Shown: piece after piece, positions 9,028 through 18,546 of the stretch | Layout: every line of letters begins with the position of its first letter | How positions within the stretch are numbered: position 1 is the stretch's first letter | From: a virus | DNA: 64,000 bases | IMG/VR virus record: IMGVR_UViG_3300044641_005643 | Strand: one strand, 5' to 3' | Made by a program: the position numbers and the translations under genes | Notes under the pieces: generated by a model | Told to the model about the DNA's origin: nothing | Database searches by the model: none | What the model saw: the letters and a program-made list of their open reading frames with translations, nothing else

Positions 9028-9600
9028 TTAAATTAAATTTGCAATTTTTTTTAGATCTTGTTCTTGAAATGTTACCAAATGTTTTAAATTAAAACTAACA
9101 GTAGGTAACATTTGTTGTTCTAAATCTAAAAGTTGTTGTTTACTCAGCTTGTTCAGCATTTCTATTTGAGACACAATTCCATCTATACGATCGCCTATAT
9201 TCTTTTTTGAATCATAACTTTCATCCCACCATTTGTCAAAAGTTTTGAATCCCATAGCCTTTAACAAATCCAAACTACCAGGTGCTCCTAATAACATAAA
9301 TGGCTTTTGATTTACTATTGCTTTCCATGTTTTTTCTGTTAGATATGGATACGGATATTCGCCTACAGTTTCGGTTATCAAATAAATTAAAACTTGTGAA
9401 AAAAAATTGTCCCGGTGCTGAGTAATTACATGCCACCCTTTATCAGATAAAGTTGGATCTGCCCAAGTTTGACCATCAAATCTATGATGATGTCGAATAA
9501 GAATATCTCTTTGTTCAGCGGATAATCCGATCAATTGATCATTAAATTTAGTAAATGGAAAAGTCGTTCTATAATATGTATTAGACACTTTTCTCACCAA
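9028..9600 (-). CDS. Hypothetical protein, possible GT-B (GT10-like) nucleotide-sugar-binding half
   Basis: ETV...YLTEKTWKAI...PFMLLG...GFKTF...DESYD resembles the YxTEK motif of GT10 fucosyltransferase-like proteins. Start (TTG/GTG) uncertain. Confidence 0.45.
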   Translation of the reverse strand: MVRKVSNTYYRTTFPFTKFNDQLIGLSAEQRDILIRHHHRFDGQTWADPTLSDKGWHVITQHRDNFFSQVLIYLITETVGEYPYPYLTEKTWKAIVNQKPFMLLGAPGSLDLLKAMGFKTFDKWWDESYDSKKNIGDRIDGIVSQIEMLNKLSKQQLLDLEQQMLPTVSFNLKHLVTFQEQDLKKIANLI

Positions 9601-10126
9601 AATGATATGATATTATTCCTTGATCCAACAATGACTTTTCATTTAAATTACATAGCATAGCCATTCTGTGTTGTCTTTGAATACCGTTTAAACAGCAATA
9701 CAATTTTTGAAACCGAGAAGGTTTAGGCTCCTCAATGATAATGTTTTCGGGAAAATCGTACCATTGAGAAGTATATATTACTTTGAATGCTTGTGAATTG
9801 CTAAAAGTATTGAATTGATTTTGAATCTCTTTTTTTATGCCATAATGATTAGTAAGCATGATTAGAAATTCGTTAGGTATATTTAATTGGTGTAAAATTG
9901 ATACTAAGTTGTACATGGTAAAGCCGCAAACATTAGACGACACATAATAATCAATATCGTGGTGTAAAATTAAAATACGTTCATCAGGAGCAAAAGTATA
10001 GTTTTCGTACTTTGACAATAACTCATGCAATTTTGTTATTTGGTAGTCATAAAAAACTAAATCAATGATTTCCAGTATTTTGTATTTTTTTGTAATGATA
10101 TCTAAAACTTTTTTTTGCAAAGACAT
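9581..10126 (-). CDS. Hypothetical protein, possible N-terminal partner of 9028-9600
   Basis: 181 aa ORF in the operon. KLYCCLNG..R.HR motif normally precedes TEK-type domains. Confidence 0.5.
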   Translation of the reverse strand: MSLQKKVLDIITKKYKILEIIDLVFYDYQITKLHELLSKYENYTFAPDERILILHHDIDYYVSSNVCGFTMYNLVSILHQLNIPNEFLIMLTNHYGIKKEIQNQFNTFSNSQAFKVIYTSQWYDFPENIIIEEPKPSRFQKLYCCLNGIQRQHRMAMLCNLNEKSLLDQGIISYHFGEKSV

Positions 10127-10144
10127 TTTTTTGACAATACTTAC

Positions 10145-11137
10145 TTAATTGCTTTTCCGAACAATATCCAATGTTACACAATGAAATCCTCCGCCTAGAG
10201 TACGTTGTTGTCTGCCAGGTAACATAGCACAATCTATTTTATATTTTTCTAATTGTCTTCTAAGATTATGTTGTGTTTGCTCCATAACAACAAGATTTGG
10301 ATTGATGCTGAATAAATTGATGTTTAGCCACGCACTTGAGCCACAAAATCCTGGATAGTAACCAATGTCTTCGGGATCAGCAGCCCAAATAGCATCCCAA
10401 CTTTGTAATGGTTTTGGCAGTTGATCTTTGCTTTTTACTCTAGCGGGATTCAACAGCATTAGGCCTTCTCGTAACAAAGCAATAGTGCTATCAATGTGCA
10501 TAAAACTATATAAACCTTCAATAGGCCAAACTTTCTTGCCTGTACCTACTATTTCTTGTAGGTACGCAGCACCTAATTTATTTCCGCTATTACTGACCAA
10601 ATAATACAAGTTGTCATTATCTCTCAAAATGTTGGCTGCGTCAAAACAAGGTTCAACATTGGTTAAAGCAAGAGTATTTTTGTCTCTAATACAGTCAGTG
10701 TTATATAATTCATCTTTTTTTTCTGCCTGTTTGACTATGTATCTGGCACCTTGTTTTTTTTCCATTTTAAAAAACTGATTCATTGCCATGTATTCATTAT
10801 GGCGTGATCTCAAAGGTTGAGGAGTTGCTAGTATTAAATCATCATGTACTAAAACGCTGTCTCTTGGACAATAGTTATAATAGGCCGGAGCCACTGAACG
10901 ATCAACACGCAGTACCTCTACTCCCTGCTGAATTAAAAAATTACAAAATAGATCTAAATCCTCGTTGGCTTCATCAATCACTTGTTGTGGATATGGACCT
11001 TGCGGAATTTCATTATCATCTGTTACATGTGCATAATTGACTGTTCGCAAACTTAGATCAAGTGGCGGAATAGTGGCTCCATCGGCTACTCCTACTATCA
11101 CTTTTTGTAGAGGATCCCATTCGTTTTTACTTAGCAT
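10145..11137 (-). CDS. Amidinotransferase (glycine/inosamine-phosphate amidinotransferase family)
   Basis: NEWDPL.KVIVG, CPRD, FDAAN, HIDST, and C-terminal catalytic LGGGFHCVTLD. Confidence 0.92.
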   Translation of the reverse strand: MLSKNEWDPLQKVIVGVADGATIPPLDLSLRTVNYAHVTDDNEIPQGPYPQQVIDEANEDLDLFCNFLIQQGVEVLRVDRSVAPAYYNYCPRDSVLVHDDLILATPQPLRSRHNEYMAMNQFFKMEKKQGARYIVKQAEKKDELYNTDCIRDKNTLALTNVEPCFDAANILRDNDNLYYLVSNSGNKLGAAYLQEIVGTGKKVWPIEGLYSFMHIDSTIALLREGLMLLNPARVKSKDQLPKPLQSWDAIWAADPEDIGYYPGFCGSSAWLNINLFSINPNLVVMEQTQHNLRRQLEKYKIDCAMLPGRQQRTLGGGFHCVTLDIVRKSN

Positions 11138-11631
11138 TTTGTTCCTGTTATTTGAATAGCATATCTATCAACCATGCTGAAATTATAAAATGCATGAAGC
11201 TCATTTCCTGACCATTCAAACCAATCTCCTGCTATCCAGTTCCCAACAACACGATTTTCAATCTGAAGTATTTGTCCAGGACTAGAATCTTCTAACATCA
11301 ATATTATTCTAGTAATTTTTTCAGACCCATTTAGTTTAAAAACTGATCGATATTGTTGATATAGATCATAATGTAATGGCAAATACTGTCCGGGAGTGAA
11401 TAAATTTACAGCCAATGCCAAATTATCTAGTGATTTAAAATGATTGCGTATATAGGTATTATTCACCGATGAAAGTTGATTTTCAAAACAATAGCGCATT
11501 TGCATAGATTTTGAATCATGACCGGCCGCCACATACTTATCAATTAACTGTGTATCTTTATGATGATCTAACGTATAATTCAAACTTTTGAATTGATCAA
11601 TATTCCAGTTTGGATTTAAATGTCCTTGCAT
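11131..11631 (-). CDS. 2OG-Fe(II) oxygenase/cupin-fold protein
   Basis: PGQYLPLHYD (HxD), distal LHAFYN, RYAIQITG. Alternative TTG start at 11646. Confidence 0.65.
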   Translation of the reverse strand: MQGHLNPNWNIDQFKSLNYTLDHHKDTQLIDKYVAAGHDSKSMQMRYCFENQLSSVNNTYIRNHFKSLDNLALAVNLFTPGQYLPLHYDLYQQYRSVFKLNGSEKITRIILMLEDSSPGQILQIENRVVGNWIAGDWFEWSGNELHAFYNFSMVDRYAIQITGTKC

Positions 11632-11635
11632 GGTT

Positions 11636-12220
11636 TTAAATTTCAAGCATTTGTGTAAGATCAGGATAATCTAAATAGTTCCAAATTCTTGGCGAAGTGT
11701 CGATGGCAGTTGGTAATTTATCTAATCCAAGTTGTGCTGTTTCTGGCGTCATATAATAATGATATCCTATTGAATTAATATGTAGCTTGGTCCACGATTC
11801 TCCTCGAACTCTTCCATCATAACTCATTTTTGTAAGGTTGTTGTGTGCGTCTTTGTCATTTAATAGAATCATTCCGCCCCGGCCAAGACTCAAATGTTTT
11901 TTATTTTGAAAACTAATACACATAAAGGTGTCCGGAATATAACTGTTTTTACGCCATAATACAGCAGCATCAATTATGCGAGTCTTGGATAGACAATAAT
12001 AATCCTGCCAAGGTATATCTTGCCAATCCCATGAGATATTTAATTTTTTGAATGTCATTGGAACAGAAAGATATGTACGATTAGGACAACTAGTGTGCTT
12101 GACTTCAAAATATCGTAAACATAGTTCAAGTGCGTGTGTGCAACAATCAGTAGCTACCGCATAACGAGCTCCAAAAAAGTCAGCTATTGCATCTTCGAAT
12201 TTTGTAACAATATCAAACAC
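11636..12220 (-). CDS. Short DegT/DnrJ/EryC1/StrS PLP-dependent aminotransferase
   Basis: FEDAIADFFGARYAVATDCCTHALEL, IIDAA, SFQNKKHLSLGRGGMI (PLP Lys). Only 194 aa. GTG start. Confidence 0.85.
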   Translation of the reverse strand: MFDIVTKFEDAIADFFGARYAVATDCCTHALELCLRYFEVKHTSCPNRTYLSVPMTFKKLNISWDWQDIPWQDYYCLSKTRIIDAAVLWRKNSYIPDTFMCISFQNKKHLSLGRGGMILLNDKDAHNNLTKMSYDGRVRGESWTKLHINSIGYHYYMTPETAQLGLDKLPTAIDTSPRIWNYLDYPDLTQMLEI

Positions 12221-13239
12221 TAAAGATTCCTATAGATGTCTAACAATAAATTCTTATTGTATTGTTCGCTTTGAATATTTGTGAGTTGATTGGTAACAAT
12301 GGTATCTACACTTTCAAACATGATGTTTCCGGTAATATCGTAATTGATATCTTCGCTCACTGTTTTTTGCGGTATTAAAGTTATCTCTCTAAGATTGTAA
12401 GTATTAACAAATGTTTCTTTGATAAAAGTTGCTTCTTCGTAACTGATATCCACGTCAAGATTGACACGCACATGCATGCCGGGACTCAATAATTTTTCCG
12501 TGTTTGTTAATACATCACTTAGTTGATAAACACGATATCTAGGTTGATCAGGCCAAGCATGATATTCAGGTTCTGCTCCCCACTCTAGTATCATCATGCC
12601 ACGCTCATCGTCGTGATTGTCTGCGTAGTTGTGTGGGAAGCAGTTTCCTATGTAAGTGATATTTTTATGTGTTTGTCGTTTGTGAAAATGTCCGGTAAAC
12701 ACATGTTCAATACCTGTAAAATCTTCACGCTTGACGTCACCGTGATCAGGCATCTGAACCATGGCATTCATGTAAAAGTGCGGCAGTTCAAAATGTCCAA
12801 ACATGTATTTTGCATTCAGCTTAGGGATCCGCTTATAATCATCACCAACCAACCAAGGAGCAATAACCACGTCGCCACTGTGATACCAATCATTACAAAT
12901 ATGAATGTTAGGTAAGTTCCGTGCCCACGCCACACTTTGGACATCGCGTTTGTCGCGATAATAAAGATCGTGATTGCCAGGAATAAAATAAACAGCTTCA
13001 AAATTGTCATTCAAATGCTCCAGGGCCTTGAGGCTATAGTTCAGAGTAACAATGTTAATACTAGCCCTATTGTTGTGCCAATCACCTAAAAAGAAAGCAG
13101 TTTCACATCCTTCTTCTTTGGCCTTTTGAGTAAACCATTTTATGAAATTCAAACAATCATCATTGTGTGTTTGACTGTTGCTTTTTAAACCAAAATGTAT
13201 ATCTGTGCAGACTGCTGCTCGTTTGAATAAGTTAGACAT
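12220..13239 (-). CDS. gp47: Recombination endonuclease nuclease subunit (T4 gp47/SbcD/Mre11)
   Basis: Metallophosphoesterase motifs DIHFG, LGDW, GNHD, GHFE, GHFH. Confidence 0.95.
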   Translation of the reverse strand: MSNLFKRAAVCTDIHFGLKSNSQTHNDDCLNFIKWFTQKAKEEGCETAFFLGDWHNNRASINIVTLNYSLKALEHLNDNFEAVYFIPGNHDLYYRDKRDVQSVAWARNLPNIHICNDWYHSGDVVIAPWLVGDDYKRIPKLNAKYMFGHFELPHFYMNAMVQMPDHGDVKREDFTGIEHVFTGHFHKRQTHKNITYIGNCFPHNYADNHDDERGMMILEWGAEPEYHAWPDQPRYRVYQLSDVLTNTEKLLSPGMHVRVNLDVDISYEEATFIKETFVNTYNLREITLIPQKTVSEDINYDITGNIMFESVDTIVTNQLTNIQSEQYNKNLLLDIYRNL

Positions 13240-13245
13240 CTGTGT

Positions 13246-13275
13246 AGTTTACACTTTTATAATCGGCGAAGTCAA
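13246..13275 (-). promoter_or_regulatory. Sigma70-like promoter for gp47
   Basis: TTGACT-18 nt-TAAACT, ending 6 nt before the ATG. Confidence 0.55.
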
Positions 13276-13277
13276 GT

Positions 13278-14168
13278 TCAATCGTCGTTGTAATCACCCG
13301 AGGGCGAACCACCACCCCACGATCCCATGCCTTGTCTGGTATAACTAGGAGTCAATCCGTTCATCTCAAGGATATCGTCCCGGAGATTTTGATTACGCTT
13401 TTCAATATTGAGTACTCGAGTGAAGCTATTAGTGATAGCAGCAGTATAGTAGGCAAAAGGATTTTGACTCTTGCTTTCGTCAAATTGTAGTCCGATCTGT
13501 GATAATTGTAGCAGAGCTTGACTACGCATTTCGTCGTTGTATGTATATCCACGCCAGTTTGAACGTGTAGCATAACGTTCGCATAGTTTCATAAACATGT
13601 GTGCTAGTGTGCGGGTCATTGTGCCGTGATCTCGATTGAATTGGCCCTTGATCAAATCACCTTGCCAGTGACTTTTTCCCACACAGTAAGGCACGCCTGC
13701 CTCATCAATCCGGTAGTGGTGAAACGGCGGAAAATTCACTTTAACGTATTTGCTAGGGGCAACATCGTCGTTTTGATCATCGTATTCTGTAGATAAATCT
13801 TCACTATCTTCAATGATCAATTGAGGTTTTGCTTTTTTTGGCTTGGGAGTATCCATTGGTATATGTTCCCAGGTCATTACACGAAACACTATGTCTGTGA
13901 CTGGAATTTTACTAGGTTTGATAGAAAAATCATCTAGTTTTAGCTTGACTGTACTTGTGCTTTGAGCTTGATCAAATGCCGCTCTAGCCAGTCTTTCTGC
14001 TCGCAATTTGCGACCTTCGGCAGTATTTTTTTTGTTAATTTTATCTACACTTGGTAAAATTATATCATAATATGCATCTTCGGGCGAAGCAAAGCTACAA
14101 TAAGTCATTTTACTTTTGTGTATTTCTTTTAAAATATCACGATTATTAAGATAGTTGTGTTTCATCAT
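13278..14168 (-). CDS. gp55: Late transcription sigma factor, T4 gp55-like
   Basis: NYLNNRD, NWRGYTYNDEM, FDESKSQNPFAYYT...NSF..R match gp55 conserved blocks. Located upstream of gp47 as in T4. Confidence 0.88.
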   Translation of the reverse strand: MMKHNYLNNRDILKEIHKSKMTYCSFASPEDAYYDIILPSVDKINKKNTAEGRKLRAERLARAAFDQAQSTSTVKLKLDDFSIKPSKIPVTDIVFRVMTWEHIPMDTPKPKKAKPQLIIEDSEDLSTEYDDQNDDVAPSKYVKVNFPPFHHYRIDEAGVPYCVGKSHWQGDLIKGQFNRDHGTMTRTLAHMFMKLCERYATRSNWRGYTYNDEMRSQALLQLSQIGLQFDESKSQNPFAYYTAAITNSFTRVLNIEKRNQNLRDDILEMNGLTPSYTRQGMGSWGGGSPSGDYNDD

Positions 14169-14197
14169 TTTCCTTAAAATACGCTGTTAATTTAGCA

Positions 14198-14205
14198 AAT
14201 AAATA
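14198..14205 (+). promoter_or_regulatory. Putative late promoter for the baseplate operon
   Basis: AATAAATA followed by GAGG SD and ATG 14231. The region is AT-rich, so a chance match is possible. Confidence 0.5.
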
Positions 14206-14230
14206 ATAAAAAAGCAAGAGGAATTTAATT

Positions 14231-15277
14231 ATGGCAGTAGTAAATGGTGGCGGCTTTGGTCGTGGTAATTTTGGAAGTGTGGGTACGGTACAGGAAAACA
14301 TAGCCGAAGCCGCCAAACAATTGGCCAATGGTGGAAGTGGAATTTTTAGTAATTTTTTACCGCAGAACGGTAACCAAATTACTTTGCCTGGCAGTATAGA
14401 CCCCAAAGACAGTAGAATGCTTAAAGCAGGGTTTTTACCAGGCAGTGTCAAAGCTGACTCACAAGATCCTTCGGTCCAGTTTGGTGCTAGTACCGACTCG
14501 GGCAACGATTGGAGAGTGCGTATAAGTGTAAGTCCTTCTAGTAAAATTTTATATTGGGATCCTAATGCATCTGGTAATATGTCTGGTCTAATTGCACCCT
14601 TAAAACAAACTGATGGATTTATTTTTCCTTATGTACCGTCTGTTACAGTGTCACACACCGCAAACTATCAAACAGTTGCTCTTACACACAGCAACTATGC
14701 TCAATACTTTTATGAATCCAGTGCTGTTTCGGCCATAAACATAAGTGGTGATTTTACTGTACAAAACATAGATGAAGCACGTTATTTCTTGGCAGGTTTA
14801 TATTTTTTTAGAGCGGCTACAAAAATGTTTTATGGGTCTAGTACCAGTTACCCTGGTAGCCCGCCTCCTATAGTTTATCTTGATGGTTATGGACAACACT
14901 ATTTACCACATGTGGCCTGTGTAGTTACAAGCTTTAGTCATACCATGCCCAGTGACGTTGATTATTTAGAAGTTAATACTCCACAATCAGTAAGCACAAC
15001 AGTTGAAAATAGAACTGCACCAGGAGCTTTACTGTCAAATGGAGCTCGCGGTCCTAGTATTACTTTGCCGTCAATAAGCGGAACAAATGCAGGCAATGAA
15101 ATAATTTCACAAACAATTAACACAGCGTTTAACAGAGTGCCCACTTCCAGCACATTTAGTTTGACTTTACAACCTGTAGTCAGCAGAGCACAAGGACTCT
15201 CATGGAGTTTTGATAGATTTGCTCGAGGTGAGCTGATTGTAGGTAAAAATAGCGGACGCACCGGAGGATTCCTATAA
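14231..15277 (+). CDS. Baseplate/tail-tube initiator-like structural protein
   Basis: DWRVRIS, FIFPYVP, GSPPPIVYLDGYG, CVVTSFS are tube-fold like. Directly precedes the LysM wedge gene. Confidence 0.55.
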   Translation: MAVVNGGGFGRGNFGSVGTVQENIAEAAKQLANGGSGIFSNFLPQNGNQITLPGSIDPKDSRMLKAGFLPGSVKADSQDPSVQFGASTDSGNDWRVRISVSPSSKILYWDPNASGNMSGLIAPLKQTDGFIFPYVPSVTVSHTANYQTVALTHSNYAQYFYESSAVSAINISGDFTVQNIDEARYFLAGLYFFRAATKMFYGSSTSYPGSPPPIVYLDGYGQHYLPHVACVVTSFSHTMPSDVDYLEVNTPQSVSTTVENRTAPGALLSNGARGPSITLPSISGTNAGNEIISQTINTAFNRVPTSSTFSLTLQPVVSRAQGLSWSFDRFARGELIVGKNSGRTGGFL

Positions 15278-15579
15278 TGGCTGCACAGTACAGTATAACT
15301 AGCCCGTACTATCAAACAAAAACATTTGGTAAATTTTTAGATGTAATGACTCCTCGGCCTTTTACTAAACGTGCCGACGATGTACTGTATGAAATTGATA
15401 GTGTTTATGAATTTAGACCCGACTTGCTGGCATCAGATTTGTACGGAACAAGTTCGTTATGGTGGGTGTTTGCACAGCGGAATCCTAATGTATTAGTTGA
15501 TCCTTTGAGAGACTTTGTGGCAGGCGCAAGAATTTATATACCAAAACTAGATACACTCAAACAAGATTTAGGGGTCTAA
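15277..15579 (+). CDS. gp53: Baseplate wedge LysM-like protein (gp53-like)
   Basis: RPDLLASDLYGTSSLWWVFA..N...G..IYIP. Confidence 0.75.
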   Translation: MAAQYSITSPYYQTKTFGKFLDVMTPRPFTKRADDVLYEIDSVYEFRPDLLASDLYGTSSLWWVFAQRNPNVLVDPLRDFVAGARIYIPKLDTLKQDLGV

Positions 15580-15582
15580 TCA

Positions 15583-18546
15583 GTGGCATATCAAGAACAA
15601 GTGTCTCAAATTGACAGCAAAATTTCTGCCCTTGAATCACGGAAAGTAGCCGCAGAAAATCTTGGATTTACCAATAATGCTGAGATTCTTCAAAGAGAAA
15701 TAGATGCACTACAAGAACAAAGAAATCAAACACAAGTACAGTTGTCTGCACAAAATTCTGCTGCTGGACAAACAGCCGATGCAGCAGTGGAAAATCAAAG
15801 TGCACCAAATCAAACACCGGCTGCTTTAAGTGCAGAAGAAAAAAACAAACTTGATCAAGCCAAATCTGGACAACTGTCTGCACAAGTACAGCAAAGTCAA
15901 GATGCCACCGCGCAATCTAAACAAAATGCTGCCGGCATCAATCAAAATAAATCAGAATCTGACTTCAATGAAGGCACAACTGTAAATCAAAATAACTCAG
16001 TGGTTGGTGCAGACGTTTCCGGTAATTCGTCTCTGCGAACGGAAATAAGTGGTACAAGGCCTGAAAATATTCTACACTCATATTCTAGTTACACTTATAG
16101 AATAACTTTATTTTTTCTTACTTCAAAAGATTATAATCAGCTGAGTGCCAGCCCAACAACTTTTGTGCCAAAGTACTCTCTTATCAGCAGTGCAGGTGGG
16201 TTTAATACAACCATGGGCGATTTGGTCGCACAAGAAACAAGAACAGGAAAAGCAGATTACTCACAAACTACTAGACATCCTGATTTTCAGACTGATTTTT
16301 TTATTGACAATTTATCAATAGAAACTGTTGTGGGACTGAATGCAAAAAACAAGGCATCCAATGCCATAGATATTAGTTTTACTATTACTGAACCGTACGG
16401 ATTGAGTTTGCTTGATAGATTGTTAAGTGCCTGCGAAACATCAGAAGATGCTGCCACCAACTATATGTCGCAACCATATCTATTACAAGTAGATTTGTTA
16501 TCAAATCCATCTGACAAAGAAATGTCAGGATCGTTATCAAACAATGTTATTGTCTCTAAAAAAATAGCAATAAAGTTGCTGGAAATGAAAATTAAACCCA
16601 CTGGCAGCGGAACAACCTACGCAGTAAATGCCATTCCGTATAATCATGCAGCGTTTGAAATTACAACTGCTTCTTTGCCAGTACCAATTAATGTTGTTGC
16701 AAGCACTGTGGGAGAATTTTTTAGTGGCGAAAACAATGAAGAAACAATAAAACTATTCTCAGATCAAGTCAAAGCCGAAGAAGAAAGAATCGAATCTGAA
16801 ATCAGTAAAATAACAACGCAAAGACCAGACACGTATTTTTGGGTCAATAGAAAGCCAACCGAAGAACAAATTGCCAATGAAAGGCGTGCATTAAGACAAG
16901 GTTACATTTATAGCGTAAAAAATCTAGCAGCGGCCTATAACACCTACATGGAAAGTATAGCCAAACAAAAAAAATTGGCCAAGCATGTGCCTACAAAAAT
17001 TGCCTTTAACATTCCCAACGACACAATAGCAAAAGCATTGATTGTAAATCAATTTGATAGTTCTACCACAGACGTGGGGATGCAATCTACCAATACAGCA
17101 GTGGGAAAACCAGACAGTACTGGTTTTAAAAAGAAACAAAATTTTACATTGAGAGAAGGTACCAGCATCATTGATGTGATTGACATGGTAGTGTCCAAAA
17201 GTGAATATATCAAAAGCCAATTAAAAAATCGTGGAACGGAACAAAATCAAACCAATGCTGCCAATGAATCTGATGGGAATAGCACTAGATCACAAACTCA
17301 AACTTTACCACAGCAGTTGAACTGGTACAAAATACTTCCAACTGTGGTATTAAACGATTTTGATGCAAGCACCAATACCTACAGCAAAACAGTTTTATAT
17401 TCGATACTGCCTTATAAGGCAGCTAACACTTATCATCCAAATTTTGTGAAGGTCAATTCTAGTAATGTTAAAGATTTTGTAGTAAGAAAATACAATTATC
17501 TTTATACTGGAGAGAATCAAGACATTATAAGGTTAGATATTGATTTTGATACTTCTTTTTACACATTGATTACCACAAAAGGCGAACAAGTTGAGCGTGC
17601 GGCCAATCATGCTGACACAGATTTTGAGGATGTAGATAAAAGAAAAGATACATATCAGCAACAAGGAAATGCTACCAACAATCCTCCTGTGGTAAAAGGA
17701 TTTTCTGCTTCAAACAAACAATCAGTGGCTACATCTAAAGCTACAGATCCTGATGAACAGGTTATAGCAGATTTGAAAACCAGCATTTATACAAGACAGC
17801 GCGGCGATGCATTAAACATCAAACTTCAAATATTAGGAGATCCTGCTTTTATTAAACAAGATGATATATTTTATAATCCTGGTAGTCCTGACCAATATGC
17901 CGAATTTATATCAAATAGAACCAGTAACAATTCACAAACGCCAATTGGCCAAAACGGTCAGATTCTGTTTGACGCAGAACAAGTGTATGTAGAATTAAAT
18001 GTGAAAAATGCAGTTGATATTGATGACAGCATAGGAATAGTCAATAAACAGGATATATTAACCAATGGGCGTAGCACCAACGGAACGTTTTCAGGAATTT
18101 ACAAAGTTTTATCTGTCACTAGTGAATTCAATCGCGGTCAGTTCACTCAAACATTAGATCTAGTTAGAATACCTGATGCACTTGATCCACCGCCAGTACC
18201 TGCTGTAAATGCTACAAAAATTACTAGTAATGATAGCACTCCTTCAGAAGACAGTGATGCTTTGGCCAAAAAAGGTATATTTGCTAGACCAAATATACCA
18301 ATAAATCCACCTTCTCCTGTTGCGCCGCCTGCTGAGCCGCCGCTTGTTGTACCAGATCAATCCAGTGACGTTGGCAATCTGAACACACCGCTCACGTTCA
18401 ACGAGGCATTTGCTCAGGCAAGAAGAGACTTTGGAAACAAACCTGGCGGCGTATTTGAATGGCGCGGCAAACTTTATCAAACCAATCTTAGAAATGAAGA
18501 CTTTGTATCAAATCCTGTACCTGTATATCCTGGAGCTAATCAATAA
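15583..18546 (+). CDS. Baseplate hub protein (gp27/VgrG-like, inferred), 987 aa
   Basis: Lies between the LysM wedge and gp5. Contains ITEPYG, ILGDPAFI and SGIYKVLSVTSEFNRGQFTQTLDLVR, typical of hub C-termini. Confidence 0.6.
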   Translation: MAYQEQVSQIDSKISALESRKVAAENLGFTNNAEILQREIDALQEQRNQTQVQLSAQNSAAGQTADAAVENQSAPNQTPAALSAEEKNKLDQAKSGQLSAQVQQSQDATAQSKQNAAGINQNKSESDFNEGTTVNQNNSVVGADVSGNSSLRTEISGTRPENILHSYSSYTYRITLFFLTSKDYNQLSASPTTFVPKYSLISSAGGFNTTMGDLVAQETRTGKADYSQTTRHPDFQTDFFIDNLSIETVVGLNAKNKASNAIDISFTITEPYGLSLLDRLLSACETSEDAATNYMSQPYLLQVDLLSNPSDKEMSGSLSNNVIVSKKIAIKLLEMKIKPTGSGTTYAVNAIPYNHAAFEITTASLPVPINVVASTVGEFFSGENNEETIKLFSDQVKAEEERIESEISKITTQRPDTYFWVNRKPTEEQIANERRALRQGYIYSVKNLAAAYNTYMESIAKQKKLAKHVPTKIAFNIPNDTIAKALIVNQFDSSTTDVGMQSTNTAVGKPDSTGFKKKQNFTLREGTSIIDVIDMVVSKSEYIKSQLKNRGTEQNQTNAANESDGNSTRSQTQTLPQQLNWYKILPTVVLNDFDASTNTYSKTVLYSILPYKAANTYHPNFVKVNSSNVKDFVVRKYNYLYTGENQDIIRLDIDFDTSFYTLITTKGEQVERAANHADTDFEDVDKRKDTYQQQGNATNNPPVVKGFSASNKQSVATSKATDPDEQVIADLKTSIYTRQRGDALNIKLQILGDPAFIKQDDIFYNPGSPDQYAEFISNRTSNNSQTPIGQNGQILFDAEQVYVELNVKNAVDIDDSIGIVNKQDILTNGRSTNGTFSGIYKVLSVTSEFNRGQFTQTLDLVRIPDALDPPPVPAVNATKITSNDSTPSEDSDALAKKGIFARPNIPINPPSPVAPPAEPPLVVPDQSSDVGNLNTPLTFNEAFAQARRDFGNKPGGVFEWRGKLYQTNLRNEDFVSNPVPVYPGANQ

